Program-made: the position numbers and the translations under genes
Shown: one piece after another, positions 1 through 9,886 of the stretch
Numbering within the stretch: the stretch's first letter is position 1
How the letters are laid out: each line of letters opens with the position of its first letter
Assembly: GCA_965263355.1 (NCBI GenBank)
Contig: CBDHHL010000056.1
Coordinates: forward strand, 1,856,001-1,920,000
DNA length: 64,000 nt
Source of the DNA: Leptolyngbyaceae cyanobacterium
GTDB taxonomy: Bacteria; Cyanobacteriota; Cyanobacteriia; Phormidesmidales; Phormidesmidaceae
Direction of reading: 5' to 3'
Notes under the pieces: generated by a model
What the model was told of the DNA's origin: nothing
The model's input: only the letters and a program-made list of their open reading frames with translations
Databases searched by the model: none

Positions 1-92
1 GGCCTAAACAATGTCATTAGTGTCCTTCTTCGACTTGCTTAGTTCAAGATCTGCCTAATGCTCACACCTGTCCACTGCCCAACGCCCTTACT

Positions 93-1103
93 ATGGCTCT
101 CCCTCCCGGTCTGCTCATCCGCACCGCCAAAACAATTTGGACCACCCTTTGGCGCACTATGATGTCCCAGATGGCCCCCAGTGACAAGGAGGGAGCTTAT
201 CAGCGACCAGACAGCGAGTTTTGCGAACTGACAAGTCAGCGCTCGCACCATCGCATTCCTTGCAAAAAGTTTCCTGCCGACACTCAACGCTACCGTCTAA
301 TTGTTGGAATGGGATGTCCCTGGGCTCATCGCACCCTAATTGTCCGTACCCTCAAAGGACTGGATGCAGCTATTCCCATAACAGTCGTCTCCCCATCAGG
401 CAATGAAGGATGTTGGATCTTTGAACACCCGTCTGAAGTGGATTCTCTAGGCTGTCGTACCATGCCCCAGTTTTATGCCAAAGTTCAAGCAGGATACCGA
501 GGCCGAGCGACGGTTCCTGTTCTCTGGGATAACAGGACTAACACCATCGTCAATAATGAAAGCGCAGAGATTATAGAGATTTTGAATGATGCCTTTAACC
601 AGTGGGCAATTCACTCTAACCTCGATCTCTATCCTGCTAAGTTACAAGTTGAAATTAATAAGTGGAATAAAGCCATTTATCACACGGTAAATAACGGGGT
701 CTATCGCTGTGGATTTGCCCAAACTCAAATTGCGTATGAAACAGCCTGCAACGAACTATTTGATATGTTGGACACCATTGATAAATCACTGATAAATCAA
801 CGCTACCTTTGTGGTAGTCAATTAACTCTGGCGGATGTGCGTTTATTCACAACTTTAATTCGGTTTGATGTAGCCTACTATGGCCTATTTAAGTGCAACC
901 GTCGCCGAATTTCTGAATACGACCATCTCAGCGGCTATGTAAGAGATATTTACCAGCTACCTGGCATCGCGGCGACCTGCGATGTTAGTGCCATCAAACG
1001 AGACTACTTTGGCAATCTATTTCCCCTCAATCCAGGTGGTATTATTCCATTAGGGCCAGACCTTTCTAGCTTAGAAGCGCCCCATAATCGGGCAAATTTA
1101 TGA
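93..1103 (+). CDS. Glutathione S-transferase, omega-like (glutathionyl-hydroquinone reductase, YqjG/ECM4 family)
   Basis: CPWAHR active-site motif, TVPVLWD, IVNNESAEI, NNGVYRCGFA, ADVRLFTTLIRFD, NPGGIIPLGP. Confidence 0.92.
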   Translation: MALPPGLLIRTAKTIWTTLWRTMMSQMAPSDKEGAYQRPDSEFCELTSQRSHHRIPCKKFPADTQRYRLIVGMGCPWAHRTLIVRTLKGLDAAIPITVVSPSGNEGCWIFEHPSEVDSLGCRTMPQFYAKVQAGYRGRATVPVLWDNRTNTIVNNESAEIIEILNDAFNQWAIHSNLDLYPAKLQVEINKWNKAIYHTVNNGVYRCGFAQTQIAYETACNELFDMLDTIDKSLINQRYLCGSQLTLADVRLFTTLIRFDVAYYGLFKCNRRRISEYDHLSGYVRDIYQLPGIAATCDVSAIKRDYFGNLFPLNPGGIIPLGPDLSSLEAPHNRANL

Positions 1104-1121
1104 GGTCTGTTGACGTAGTTT

Positions 1122-1640
1122 TTAATCCTTTTCAATGTAACGTCTAACCGAGTTGAGATCGATGTAACGATCCGTAGCATTACGCAGTTCTCGGGCAATC
1201 ATTCCTTCGGTAGATACCACTGTAATGTGCGTATTTTTAGAGCGTAGCAATTCAATTGCTCGTTCAAAATCACCATCACCACTAAATAAAACAACTCGAT
1301 CATACTGAGCTGCTGTATTAAACATATCAACAACGATTTCAATATCTAGATTCGCTTTCTGGGAGTAGCGGCCAGAGTTATCGTCATAGTATTCCTTTAA
1401 AATTTTAGTCCTAACAGTATAACCAAGACTAATTAATGCATCACGAAAACCACGCTGGTCCTGTGGATCTTTAAGCCCCGTGTACCAAAAAGCATTAATT
1501 AAAGTTGACGGAACCGTTTCATGGGTAAAGTATTCGAGAACGCGCTTAGGGTCAAAAAACCAGCCATTTTTTTGCTGGGCGTAAAACATATTATTCCCGT
1601 CTACAAATATAGAAAGTCGACTTAACGGTTGCGTATGCAT
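1122..1640 (-). CDS. labA: LabA/DUF88 (NYN-domain) protein
   Basis: IFVDGNNMFY, KANLDIEIVVDM, LFSGDGDF motifs; size and sequence typical of cyanobacterial LabA. Confidence 0.85.
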   Translation of the reverse strand: MHTQPLSRLSIFVDGNNMFYAQQKNGWFFDPKRVLEYFTHETVPSTLINAFWYTGLKDPQDQRGFRDALISLGYTVRTKILKEYYDDNSGRYSQKANLDIEIVVDMFNTAAQYDRVVLFSGDGDFERAIELLRSKNTHITVVSTEGMIARELRNATDRYIDLNSVRRYIEKD

Positions 1641-2383
1641 AGAAGTAAAAACAATAACAATAAAATAAGAACTAAATAGCTATGACTTGGAACCAATAGT
1701 CCGAACAGCCTCTTAGCAACAGTTCAAAACTAAATATAAAAATTAACTACAAATCAGGATTCAATTATCCAGTATCTGTAAGTAACCTATAAGGTAAGAA
1801 AATATACAGGCTATTAACTAATGTTAGATAACTAAAACCAACTCATGACGATATATAAATAAACAAAGCTGTGTATGTCCTTGACCGTTTTAACTTAAAT
1901 TGATTAGTTGAGTAGACTGCTGCCATTTTCTCCATATATAGGGCATTTATATAATTTCATAGAGCTTTGTATCCATACCTTTTCAATTAGAATGCGCATT
2001 TTCAGCATACATATAAGTTAGCTTTGTTATACGGACATTCAATTAAATAAACTATTATCACTATCTAAAAATACCCTAGGGTAAGACAACTCCTGCCTCA
2101 AACTCATGTCTACGAACTTTGTGCAAAAGAGTTAAGCTACCACTATAGGGCAGATCTGACTCTCGTGCGGATGCCCCGTTATATTCTTCCGAACACAATT
2201 CAATCCTTATAAATACGCAGAGTTACCTCACAATGGACTCATTTTGACATGAAGATCACTTTAAGTACCTCGTCAAAGCACAGACGATTGAAAATAACTT
2301 CAAGCTATTATGATATTAGGCTGTAGCTTAAGACCGTAATACTATGCCATAGTTTATGTAATTTTATACACTCCATTTTATTA

Positions 2384-2419
2384 AGTACTGAAATATTCAA
2401 CAGTACTGAAATATTCAAC
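2384..2419. repeat. Perfect 18-bp tandem duplication (AGTACTGAAATATTCAAC x2) upstream of the kinase gene
   Basis: Read directly: copies at 2384-2401 and 2402-2419. Confidence 0.9.
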
Positions 2420-2458
2420 TTAACCTATTACTTGTACTAGCTAGCGTCTCTATACAGG

Positions 2459-4951
2459 TTGCATCATCTACCACTTGATTTGTACAGTTTCTCAATAGCT
2501 GCTTTTATACGGATGAAACAAGATGCGGCAGATATAACAGCAACGCTGACATCCCAGGATCGTCTGCTTAAATTTATCCCAAATATCAATCTTGTACAGC
2601 AATGGCGAGCCTGCCTAAATGGGTTACTTGTCGGTACAACCGCATTAACCACAGGTTGTAATCTAAGTCTTGTTCGTTCATTAGAACACCAGGGACAGGC
2701 ACTGATGTGGGAGTTGCGGGGCGTAGTGCCTGCGCCGGAAGATATCGTTATTTTAGCCATTGATGAAGAATCACTATCCCAAGGACAGCATTACTTAGAT
2801 CAACCCGAGGCATATCCTGAGTTGGCAGCCATTAGCTCATGGCCATGGCCACGTGCCACCTATGCTGCCGCTACTCAAAAGATTTTAGATGCTGGTGCTG
2901 ATGCGATTTCACTAGATATCGTTTTTGCTCAGCCCAGCAGCTATGGTCCTGAGGATGATATGGCTTTTGCCGAGGTCTTGTCCCAAAAAGGGTCACAAGT
3001 TGTTTTAGCTGCAGAATATGGCGATATTGATTTGAGGCAAGGATCTTTACTACAGCCAACACTTCCCTTATCTGACTTTCGCGAGATGCCAATTCAGGTA
3101 GGGGCAATTAATTTCCCAATGGAGTCTAATGGAAAGATCCATCGACTGAGTCGAGAATTTTTAAAGACTCTCCAGTTTATCGAAGCTGACCTATTGGGTG
3201 AAGAATCTATCCCAAACGATGATGTAGAACCTGCGGTGCTAAGCTTTGCCGAAGCTACATTAGAAGCTGCTCAAATTGTTGATTATAAAGATAGCGGTGA
3301 TTACATTTTCTTCCATGGGCCAGCCAAAACCTTCCAACATGTTCCTTTTTGGTACATCTTAGATGAAGAGCTTTGGAAGTCTCAGCTAGATAATGGCCGC
3401 TTTTTTGAAAACAAAATTGTTCTTGTAGGATCTACAGCTTCACTTCATCAGGACTTTCATGCGGCTCCTTTTTCTGGAAGCTTATTATACCCTATTCCTA
3501 TGGCTGGGGTGGAGATTTTAGCCAATACTGTAGCTACGCTGCGGGGTGATTTAGCTCTATACTCTCTAACTCAAAAACCTTGGATCAGTGCTCTGATAGT
3601 GGCTTTTTGGTTAGGGAGTATGGCACTAGCTATCAGTAAAATCTCCTCTCATACGCCATTTCGTCGATTAGTTGCTGCTGCTGCTGCTAGTTTAGCTTGG
3701 GGGCTAGTTAGCTTTGTTATTTTTACAACGGGTGGTGTCATCATTCCCATAGCGGTGCCAATTTTAAGTGTATTGGGATTTGCGACCGCAGATTTTGCTA
3801 TTGGATTCTTTAGTGAACAACTACGGAAAAAGACATTGCGCAGTACGTTGGCACGCTATGTGACCTCTCCAATTGTTCAAGAGATTATCAGCCAACAGGA
3901 TGACTTTAAAGACCTACTCACTGCTTATGAGAATGAAATGATTGGGACCCTCCTTAGCGATCGCTATCGAATTAGTAAAATTCTTGGTGCTGGTGGTTTT
4001 GGAGATACTTACCTAGCTCAGGATATGCAGCGGCCTGGTAACCCTGTCTGTGTTGTTAAACAATTAAAGATCATCAGTGACAATCCTAAGGCGCATCAAT
4101 TAGCCCAACGTTTATTTGCAGCCGAAGCTGCTACCTTAGAACGTCTGGGTGAACATGACCAAATTCCACGCCTTCTAGCTTATTTTGAAGCTAACTATTC
4201 CTTCTATTTGGTGCAAGAAATGATTGAAGGAACGTTACTCAAGGATATGCTTGATCCGCAACGACCAATGTCACAACGTGCTGCAGCAAAGTTTTTATTA
4301 GATCTTTTACCAGTCATTCAAACTGTTCATGCTCAAGGCGTTATTCATCGAGACATTAAACCTTCTAATATTATTTCCCGCCAAAGTGATCAGCGCTACG
4401 TCCTGATCGATTTTGGGGCAGTCAAGCAAATTTCTAACCGATTGACCGATACGAATGCTCGTATTACTTCAACGGTTGGTATTGGAACTCAAGGCTATAT
4501 GCCTAGTGAACAATCTGCTGGCTTACCTAACTTTAGTAGTGATTTGTATGCTCTTGGTATTACCACGATAGAAGCCCTTACCGGATTACCTCCCCATGCC
4601 CTTCAGCGTGACTCCCATGGGGAAATTATATGGACTGATCAGGTCCCGGACTTAGAGCCGGGTCTAGCTAGTGTCATTGAAAAGATGGTTTGCTACAACT
4701 TTAACCAACGTTACTCAACCGCAACAGCTGTCCTCAAAGATTTAAGGCAATTAAAATTAGATGGATTGTCTGAGGCATGCCCAACAAAGGAAATAGTTGC
4801 ACCAGAATCATACGATGAGCATGAGGCTAAACTTTCAACGGTGATATTGCCAACTGCCTGGGAAAAAAATTACAAACTACCAGACGCAACAACTGCAATA
4901 GATGAGCCTACTAATGATAGCGATGACACTGAACCTAGGTTAATTCTCTAG
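2459..4951 (+). CDS. CHASE2-domain membrane Ser/Thr protein kinase (start may be ATG 2513 or later)
   Basis: CHASE2 motifs IVILAIDEES, WPWPR, SLDIVF, KIVLVG, GVEILAN; three TM helices; Hanks kinase motifs LGAGGFG, VVKQL, HRDIKPSN, DFG, GTQGYMPSEQ. Confidence 0.9.
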   Translation: MHHLPLDLYSFSIAAFIRMKQDAADITATLTSQDRLLKFIPNINLVQQWRACLNGLLVGTTALTTGCNLSLVRSLEHQGQALMWELRGVVPAPEDIVILAIDEESLSQGQHYLDQPEAYPELAAISSWPWPRATYAAATQKILDAGADAISLDIVFAQPSSYGPEDDMAFAEVLSQKGSQVVLAAEYGDIDLRQGSLLQPTLPLSDFREMPIQVGAINFPMESNGKIHRLSREFLKTLQFIEADLLGEESIPNDDVEPAVLSFAEATLEAAQIVDYKDSGDYIFFHGPAKTFQHVPFWYILDEELWKSQLDNGRFFENKIVLVGSTASLHQDFHAAPFSGSLLYPIPMAGVEILANTVATLRGDLALYSLTQKPWISALIVAFWLGSMALAISKISSHTPFRRLVAAAAASLAWGLVSFVIFTTGGVIIPIAVPILSVLGFATADFAIGFFSEQLRKKTLRSTLARYVTSPIVQEIISQQDDFKDLLTAYENEMIGTLLSDRYRISKILGAGGFGDTYLAQDMQRPGNPVCVVKQLKIISDNPKAHQLAQRLFAAEAATLERLGEHDQIPRLLAYFEANYSFYLVQEMIEGTLLKDMLDPQRPMSQRAAAKFLLDLLPVIQTVHAQGVIHRDIKPSNIISRQSDQRYVLIDFGAVKQISNRLTDTNARITSTVGIGTQGYMPSEQSAGLPNFSSDLYALGITTIEALTGLPPHALQRDSHGEIIWTDQVPDLEPGLASVIEKMVCYNFNQRYSTATAVLKDLRQLKLDGLSEACPTKEIVAPESYDEHEAKLSTVILPTAWEKNYKLPDATTAIDEPTNDSDDTEPRLIL

Positions 4952-5034
4952 CCCTAATAATTAATTCTGCACTAGACACAACCATTGCACCTAAGAAAAC
5001 CCACCAAAACATAGGCTTAGCAAACAAACTAATG

Positions 5035-6750
5035 TCAATTTATTAATTCTGAAGGAGCAGGCTCCAAGCCATTTTCAGTTGAATCAGGTACTTGAATATC
5101 CAAAGAAGGCAAAATGACTTCCGGGTTACTGACTGGATTGCTGGTCCCTTCTCCCCAATTAAAGTCTCCTGAAGGTACAGGGGCACGAACAGGCACTTGA
5201 TCAGCTTCAGCAATTGGAGTGATAGGCTGTTCGGCTATTACCGGAGTTGGTTCAGGTTGCACTACAGGTGTGGGTGCAGCAGCAGGCTCGGGTACTGTCG
5301 TCACAATTGATGAAGGGGCGGTTACCGTGGGTGTCGGTTCAGCCACTACTACTGGTGCAGGGATTGCCGTTGGTATGATTTCAGGGGTAGGAGACTCTGC
5401 TGGTATAACTACTGAGGGGACTTCGCCGACAGGTTCCGACACGGCAGGAGTCGTCACCGTAGGGGGAGTAACCACTACAGGAGTAGCCGTTGAGGGCGTA
5501 ATCACCACAGGCGCAGTTGTTGTGGGGGGCGTAACCACTACTACCGGCGTTGTTGGCTCAACTACTGGAGACGGAGCAGTTGTCGGAGGTATTGCCGGAG
5601 AAGTAGTAGTTGGATTAACAACAGCAGGGGCAGGGACTACAACAGCAGGCCGTTCAATAGCAACCGTTGGCTCCACAGGTTGTGAAGCTACAGATGGTGA
5701 ACCTGGTTCTTGAATAGCCGTATCAATATTCAAAAATTCCGAGAACCGTGCACTAGTCACAGGTGTAACTGAACCATCCTCTGTAGTAGAAGTGCCCAAT
5801 AGCCCTGTATGGGTGCCTGCAGGTTGGGAGGTTACAACCGGTTGACCTACAACATGAAAAATGGAAGCCGGTGATGAGGAAAAACTAGGGAAGCCGGCAA
5901 AGATAGACTCATCTGGCTCACCTTCATCACCAGGAAAAGCACCAAAAACTGGCGCGATAAATTCCGGATTTTCTACTACCTCTTCAGCCGAACCTCGATC
6001 ATCAAAATCACCCTGTAACTCAAGTGCATCTTGTATTTCCTGCCAAACATCTTGCAGGTCTTCAGACAAGGTTTCAGGTGGTGTGGGGCTATCAAGCTGC
6101 AAACCTTTGACTAACCCACTGGTTTGATAGAAAGTTCGTAGATCAAATTCGTGACGTTGGGTGATCTCTTCACCTTCGATCACAACCATTTCGCCAGCAT
6201 AGATAGGTTGCTGTTGTGAACCACTCTCGTTATAGGCCATCATAGCCCCTGCAGAATTATTGGTCAGAGCGCCGACTAGTGTGATGGGTGATGCACAGTA
6301 ACCTTCAGCTGTCAATTCAGCTAGACAACGAACCCGTACAAATAGAGCAGAGCCCTGAATCCCAGTAACCGCATTAGGCGTTTGTATCGTTGTACGCCCG
6401 CGCCCTGGTGGAATTAGTAGCAGAACAGTTCCATTGGAAAGTTGAAAATTGCGAGTATTTGGAGTGAAACGAAATGTAGCCTGTTCACCAACTCTGGCCA
6501 AAGAACCGTCGTTGAATCGGAGTTCGGCCCTTGATGAGGCAGCCGTCCGCAGAGCATCCCCCACACTCATCAGATCATCGATTCTAGCTAATCTTGCCCG
6601 TTGATTATTGGGAACTAAATGAACCCGGTTTCGTAACTTTTCAACTTTGGCCCAGGTAAGCGACGATTGGGCCAAAGCAGCACCGGGAATTCCCAATGTA
6701 AATGCAATACCCATTAAGAGAGAATAGCAACGAGCAGAAACTTTGCACAT
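5035..6750 (-). CDS. Secreted FecR-domain protein with long Pro/Thr/Val-rich C-terminal region
   Basis: Signal peptide ending ALA-Q; GDALRT..SRAELRFNDGSLARVG and TIQTPNAVTGIQGS are FecR-domain signatures; low-complexity PVVVTPPTT tail. Confidence 0.8.
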   Translation of the reverse strand: MCKVSARCYSLLMGIAFTLGIPGAALAQSSLTWAKVEKLRNRVHLVPNNQRARLARIDDLMSVGDALRTAASSRAELRFNDGSLARVGEQATFRFTPNTRNFQLSNGTVLLLIPPGRGRTTIQTPNAVTGIQGSALFVRVRCLAELTAEGYCASPITLVGALTNNSAGAMMAYNESGSQQQPIYAGEMVVIEGEEITQRHEFDLRTFYQTSGLVKGLQLDSPTPPETLSEDLQDVWQEIQDALELQGDFDDRGSAEEVVENPEFIAPVFGAFPGDEGEPDESIFAGFPSFSSSPASIFHVVGQPVVTSQPAGTHTGLLGTSTTEDGSVTPVTSARFSEFLNIDTAIQEPGSPSVASQPVEPTVAIERPAVVVPAPAVVNPTTTSPAIPPTTAPSPVVEPTTPVVVVTPPTTTAPVVITPSTATPVVVTPPTVTTPAVSEPVGEVPSVVIPAESPTPEIIPTAIPAPVVVAEPTPTVTAPSSIVTTVPEPAAAPTPVVQPEPTPVIAEQPITPIAEADQVPVRAPVPSGDFNWGEGTSNPVSNPEVILPSLDIQVPDSTENGLEPAPSELIN

Positions 6751-7111
6751 AGTTAAGGAATAAGTCTAATGGGCAGAAGTACTGGGCTAATGCACTGAGC
6801 AGAAACATTCACTCTGCTCCGTTAGTAATAGTACCTAACTTTTCAGTGTGATGGCTAGACTTCTGTTTACTATTTCCTCAAATTAATGCCTGATTTTTGT
6901 AATTTATTTGGGCGTTGTCCTGAATATTCATTATTTTTGCGAGATTGGGCAGAATGGCTTAAGTATTTAGGCGCAGCCTAATAATGGTTATGGTGCTCAT
7001 GAACTATAGTTACAAATACTGCTTTTTTGGAGAAGAGCATCGGTGAATACAGTCTTTCATGTTGGGTGGTCGCAAACAAATCAGTGGGCTAATGCTTGAT
7101 ATGGAACGTAC

Positions 7112-8335
7112 ATGATGAGGCTGTTTTTTAGGCCGTTTAGAAGTATCCAGTGTTTGACCCTGTGCCTGGGAAGCTTAGGGGGACTAGGCTATAGTGCAAA
7201 TGCTCAAACTATAAGTATGCAGGGTTGGTCAATTGTGGACCGTTCTGAGTCTTTGGGCTCTGTTGAGGAAGCAAATGACCAAGTAGCAACTGCTTGGGTT
7301 GATTCAATCAATGATGAAATATCAAGTTTTTCTGTATCTGCGTCCGATTTGAGACCACAAGACTTAGACAAGTGTGAATGCCAACTGCAAAATTCGCAGA
7401 TAACCTTGACTAAACGATCTGCAGGCATTGATATCAGTCTGGACATTGACGAGGATGAGGAGCCAGAGTCGATCCGAGAGCAAAAGACTGATGATGATGA
7501 TGATGACATTGATGACGAGCTAGGTATTTTGCGGTTGCGATCGCAACCCGTCGGCATCGATAGCGAGTTAGGGTTATTACGCATTCGTTCGACTGAGGAT
7601 GTTCCCCTAGAGGTCGATCCAGAGCCTACACGTCAGACCACCGTCTTTTTAACGGGACGCACCAATGTCTATGGGGGAAACAACCTATTTCGGACCCCAA
7701 ACCCCATTGATGATCGGATCTATCAAGTCGGTGTAGGTATATTTGCCTTTCCTCGGTTATCTGACAGGACTAATCTGGTTTTAAGTGCCGAAGCTAATTT
7801 GGCCCGATACGAAGACTTGTCTGTAGTCGACTATAACGAACTGCAGTTTCAGGCCGGTATTCGTCAGCGTTTAAGCAAAAGAAGTTATGGACAACTCAAT
7901 TGGCGTTACCAAGATCTCAGCACTCCTGGTAGGGATTCATTTTTTACAGCCGACTACATAGAGTTACTGCTTAGTAGGCGTGATATCCTCAGCAACCGCA
8001 CTTGGCTTGACTCTTATTACCAAGCCCGTTTAAGCATGAGCGATCCGCAATCGTTCAGTCGTTTTACCCAGATCGGTACAGCATCTCTCAACTATGGTTT
8101 CGATGCCCAAACTCGGGCAAGTTTGCTATACCAAATATTTATCGACGACTATACACAAATACGACGACATGATACTTATCATCAGGTCATAGCCCAGGTT
8201 AGCCATGAACTATCGAGTACCACTAGACTGAGCCTATTTACCGGATTTCGGTTTGGCCGTTCATCCTTATCCACAATCAATTTTGATGACACAATTTATG
8301 GAGCTAGTGTCAATGTAAATTTACCTCTCTTCTAA
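7112..8335 (+). CDS. Putative outer-membrane beta-barrel protein with acidic N-terminal region
   Basis: Signal peptide (ANA-Q); C-terminal half of alternating hydrophobic/polar Tyr-rich strands; ends SVNVNLPLF (terminal Phe beta-signal). Confidence 0.65.
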   Translation: MMRLFFRPFRSIQCLTLCLGSLGGLGYSANAQTISMQGWSIVDRSESLGSVEEANDQVATAWVDSINDEISSFSVSASDLRPQDLDKCECQLQNSQITLTKRSAGIDISLDIDEDEEPESIREQKTDDDDDDIDDELGILRLRSQPVGIDSELGLLRIRSTEDVPLEVDPEPTRQTTVFLTGRTNVYGGNNLFRTPNPIDDRIYQVGVGIFAFPRLSDRTNLVLSAEANLARYEDLSVVDYNELQFQAGIRQRLSKRSYGQLNWRYQDLSTPGRDSFFTADYIELLLSRRDILSNRTWLDSYYQARLSMSDPQSFSRFTQIGTASLNYGFDAQTRASLLYQIFIDDYTQIRRHDTYHQVIAQVSHELSSTTRLSLFTGFRFGRSSLSTINFDDTIYGASVNVNLPLF

Positions 8336-8344
8336 AGGATGTTA

Positions 8345-9412
8345 CTAATGGGAAACTGCTGATAAATGTGGTTCTACAGTAACCGCTAGCTGTTCTAGCA
8401 TAAGCTGAGTCGCTTCAAAATCTACACAGGCATCAGTGATGCTCTGACCATAGACAAGATCGTCCAAATTCTCAGGAATCGGCTGACGCCCTGCTTTAAT
8501 ATGGCTTTCAATCATCACTCCCAGCATATGCCGAGAACCTGTTTTCAGCTGTTCTGACACGTTTGCCAAAACCACAGCTTGTTGCTGATGCTGTTTATTA
8601 GCATTGGCATGGCTACAGTCAACCATCAAGCGAGGGTTGAGACCCGCTTTAGAGAGTTGTTCCACAGCCTGTTCGACACTTGCTGCGTCATAATTTGGCC
8701 CACTTTTACCCCCACGCAACACCAGATGACCATCTGGATTGCCAGTTGTTGCCACGATGCTAGCTAAACCACTGTGGTTAATTCCCAGAAAATGATGGGC
8801 GCGACTAGCCGCCAACATGGCATTAGTGGCTGCCTGTAAACTACCGTCGGTACTATTCTTAAACCCGATGGGCATGGATAGACCTGATGCCATTTCTCGA
8901 TGGGTCTGACTCTCAGTCGTACGAGCCCCTATGGCGGTCCAAGAAATAACATCGGCAATATACTGAGGAGTGATGGGATCCAACAGTTCTGTCGCTGCTG
9001 GCAAACCCATTTCCGCCAGATCAATCAATAACTGGCGAGCTAATCGCAAACCCTGATTGATGTCATAGCTACCATCTAAGTGGGGGTCGTTGATCAGCCC
9101 CTTCCAACCAATGTTAGTCCGGGGCTTTTCGAAATAAACCCGCATTACAATTTCCAACTGATCTGCTAAAGCCTTTCTAAGCTTGACTAGCCGCTGTCCA
9201 TAGTCATGGGCAGCCTCGACATCATGTACAGAGCAAGGACCTACAATCACTAATAGACGACGATCCTCGTTATAGAGAATATTACGGATGCGATCGCGAG
9301 TTTCAGCCACTAAAGCCGCAGCCGATTGAGTTAAAGGTAGTTCTGCATGAAGCAGGGCGGGGCTGATCAGTGGTCGGGTTTCAACCACATGTAAATCTTG
9401 CGTTTGATGCAT
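8345..9412 (-). CDS. aroF: 3-deoxy-7-phosphoheptulonate (DAHP) synthase, class I-alpha
   Basis: GPCS, MRVYFEKPRT.GWKGLINDP, IGARTTESQ.HRE.ASGLS, DCSHAN, SITDAC; ATG 9412 preferred over upstream TTG 9463. Confidence 0.93.
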   Translation of the reverse strand: MHQTQDLHVVETRPLISPALLHAELPLTQSAAALVAETRDRIRNILYNEDRRLLVIVGPCSVHDVEAAHDYGQRLVKLRKALADQLEIVMRVYFEKPRTNIGWKGLINDPHLDGSYDINQGLRLARQLLIDLAEMGLPAATELLDPITPQYIADVISWTAIGARTTESQTHREMASGLSMPIGFKNSTDGSLQAATNAMLAASRAHHFLGINHSGLASIVATTGNPDGHLVLRGGKSGPNYDAASVEQAVEQLSKAGLNPRLMVDCSHANANKQHQQQAVVLANVSEQLKTGSRHMLGVMIESHIKAGRQPIPENLDDLVYGQSITDACVDFEATQLMLEQLAVTVEPHLSAVSH

Positions 9413-9583
9413 AACAGAGGAAAAATCGCGATTGAAAGCTATCAAAATTTCAGATCCAAACAAGGTATCCGTAAGAATGACCTGGAATAATGGAGCTTGT
9501 ATCTATTGTGACAGGTCTTGAACGTAACCAGTGTAACCTCAAGGATTAGTTAGGAGTTTCTGTAAAACACGGTAGGCCTAACG

Positions 9584-9883
9584 TTAACTGTCCAAACTGG
9601 ATAAGCGTTGGGCAAATTCCACCCAGCTGATCTGTCGTTCCAGGTAGTTAGGCCGATCAGGATGATAAGGCCCGACAAGACGATCAATTCCATTAATCAC
9701 TGCATCATCAGGCAGAACTGATACATCTGGGTCGGCAGCAGTTGATCGCATTAAGGAACTAGAAAATCCCCTAAATATTAAGATTTCATCAGACTCTCCA
9801 TCTACCTCAGCGGCTACCAATAAAACTTCTTGAGGATGTTGCAGCGTATATTGCTCAAGCTGTTTCTCAATGGAGACTACCAT
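9584..9883 (-). CDS. Conserved cyanobacterial hypothetical protein
   Basis: LEQYT..HPQEVL, IFRGFSSSLM..T..DPD pattern; 3 bp downstream of the previous gene in the same direction. Confidence 0.7.
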   Translation of the reverse strand: MVVSIEKQLEQYTLQHPQEVLLVAAEVDGESDEILIFRGFSSSLMRSTAADPDVSVLPDDAVINGIDRLVGPYHPDRPNYLERQISWVEFAQRLSSLDS

Positions 9884-9886
9884 AAC

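Noticed and set aside
1641..2380. Possible RNA gene in the long AT-rich labA-kinase spacer
   Set aside because: No tRNA cloverleaf, strong stems or ORF found by eye
5219..6127. + strand ORFs of 164 and 88 aa inside the FecR gene
   Set aside because: Antisense shadows of the low-complexity Pro/Thr coding region
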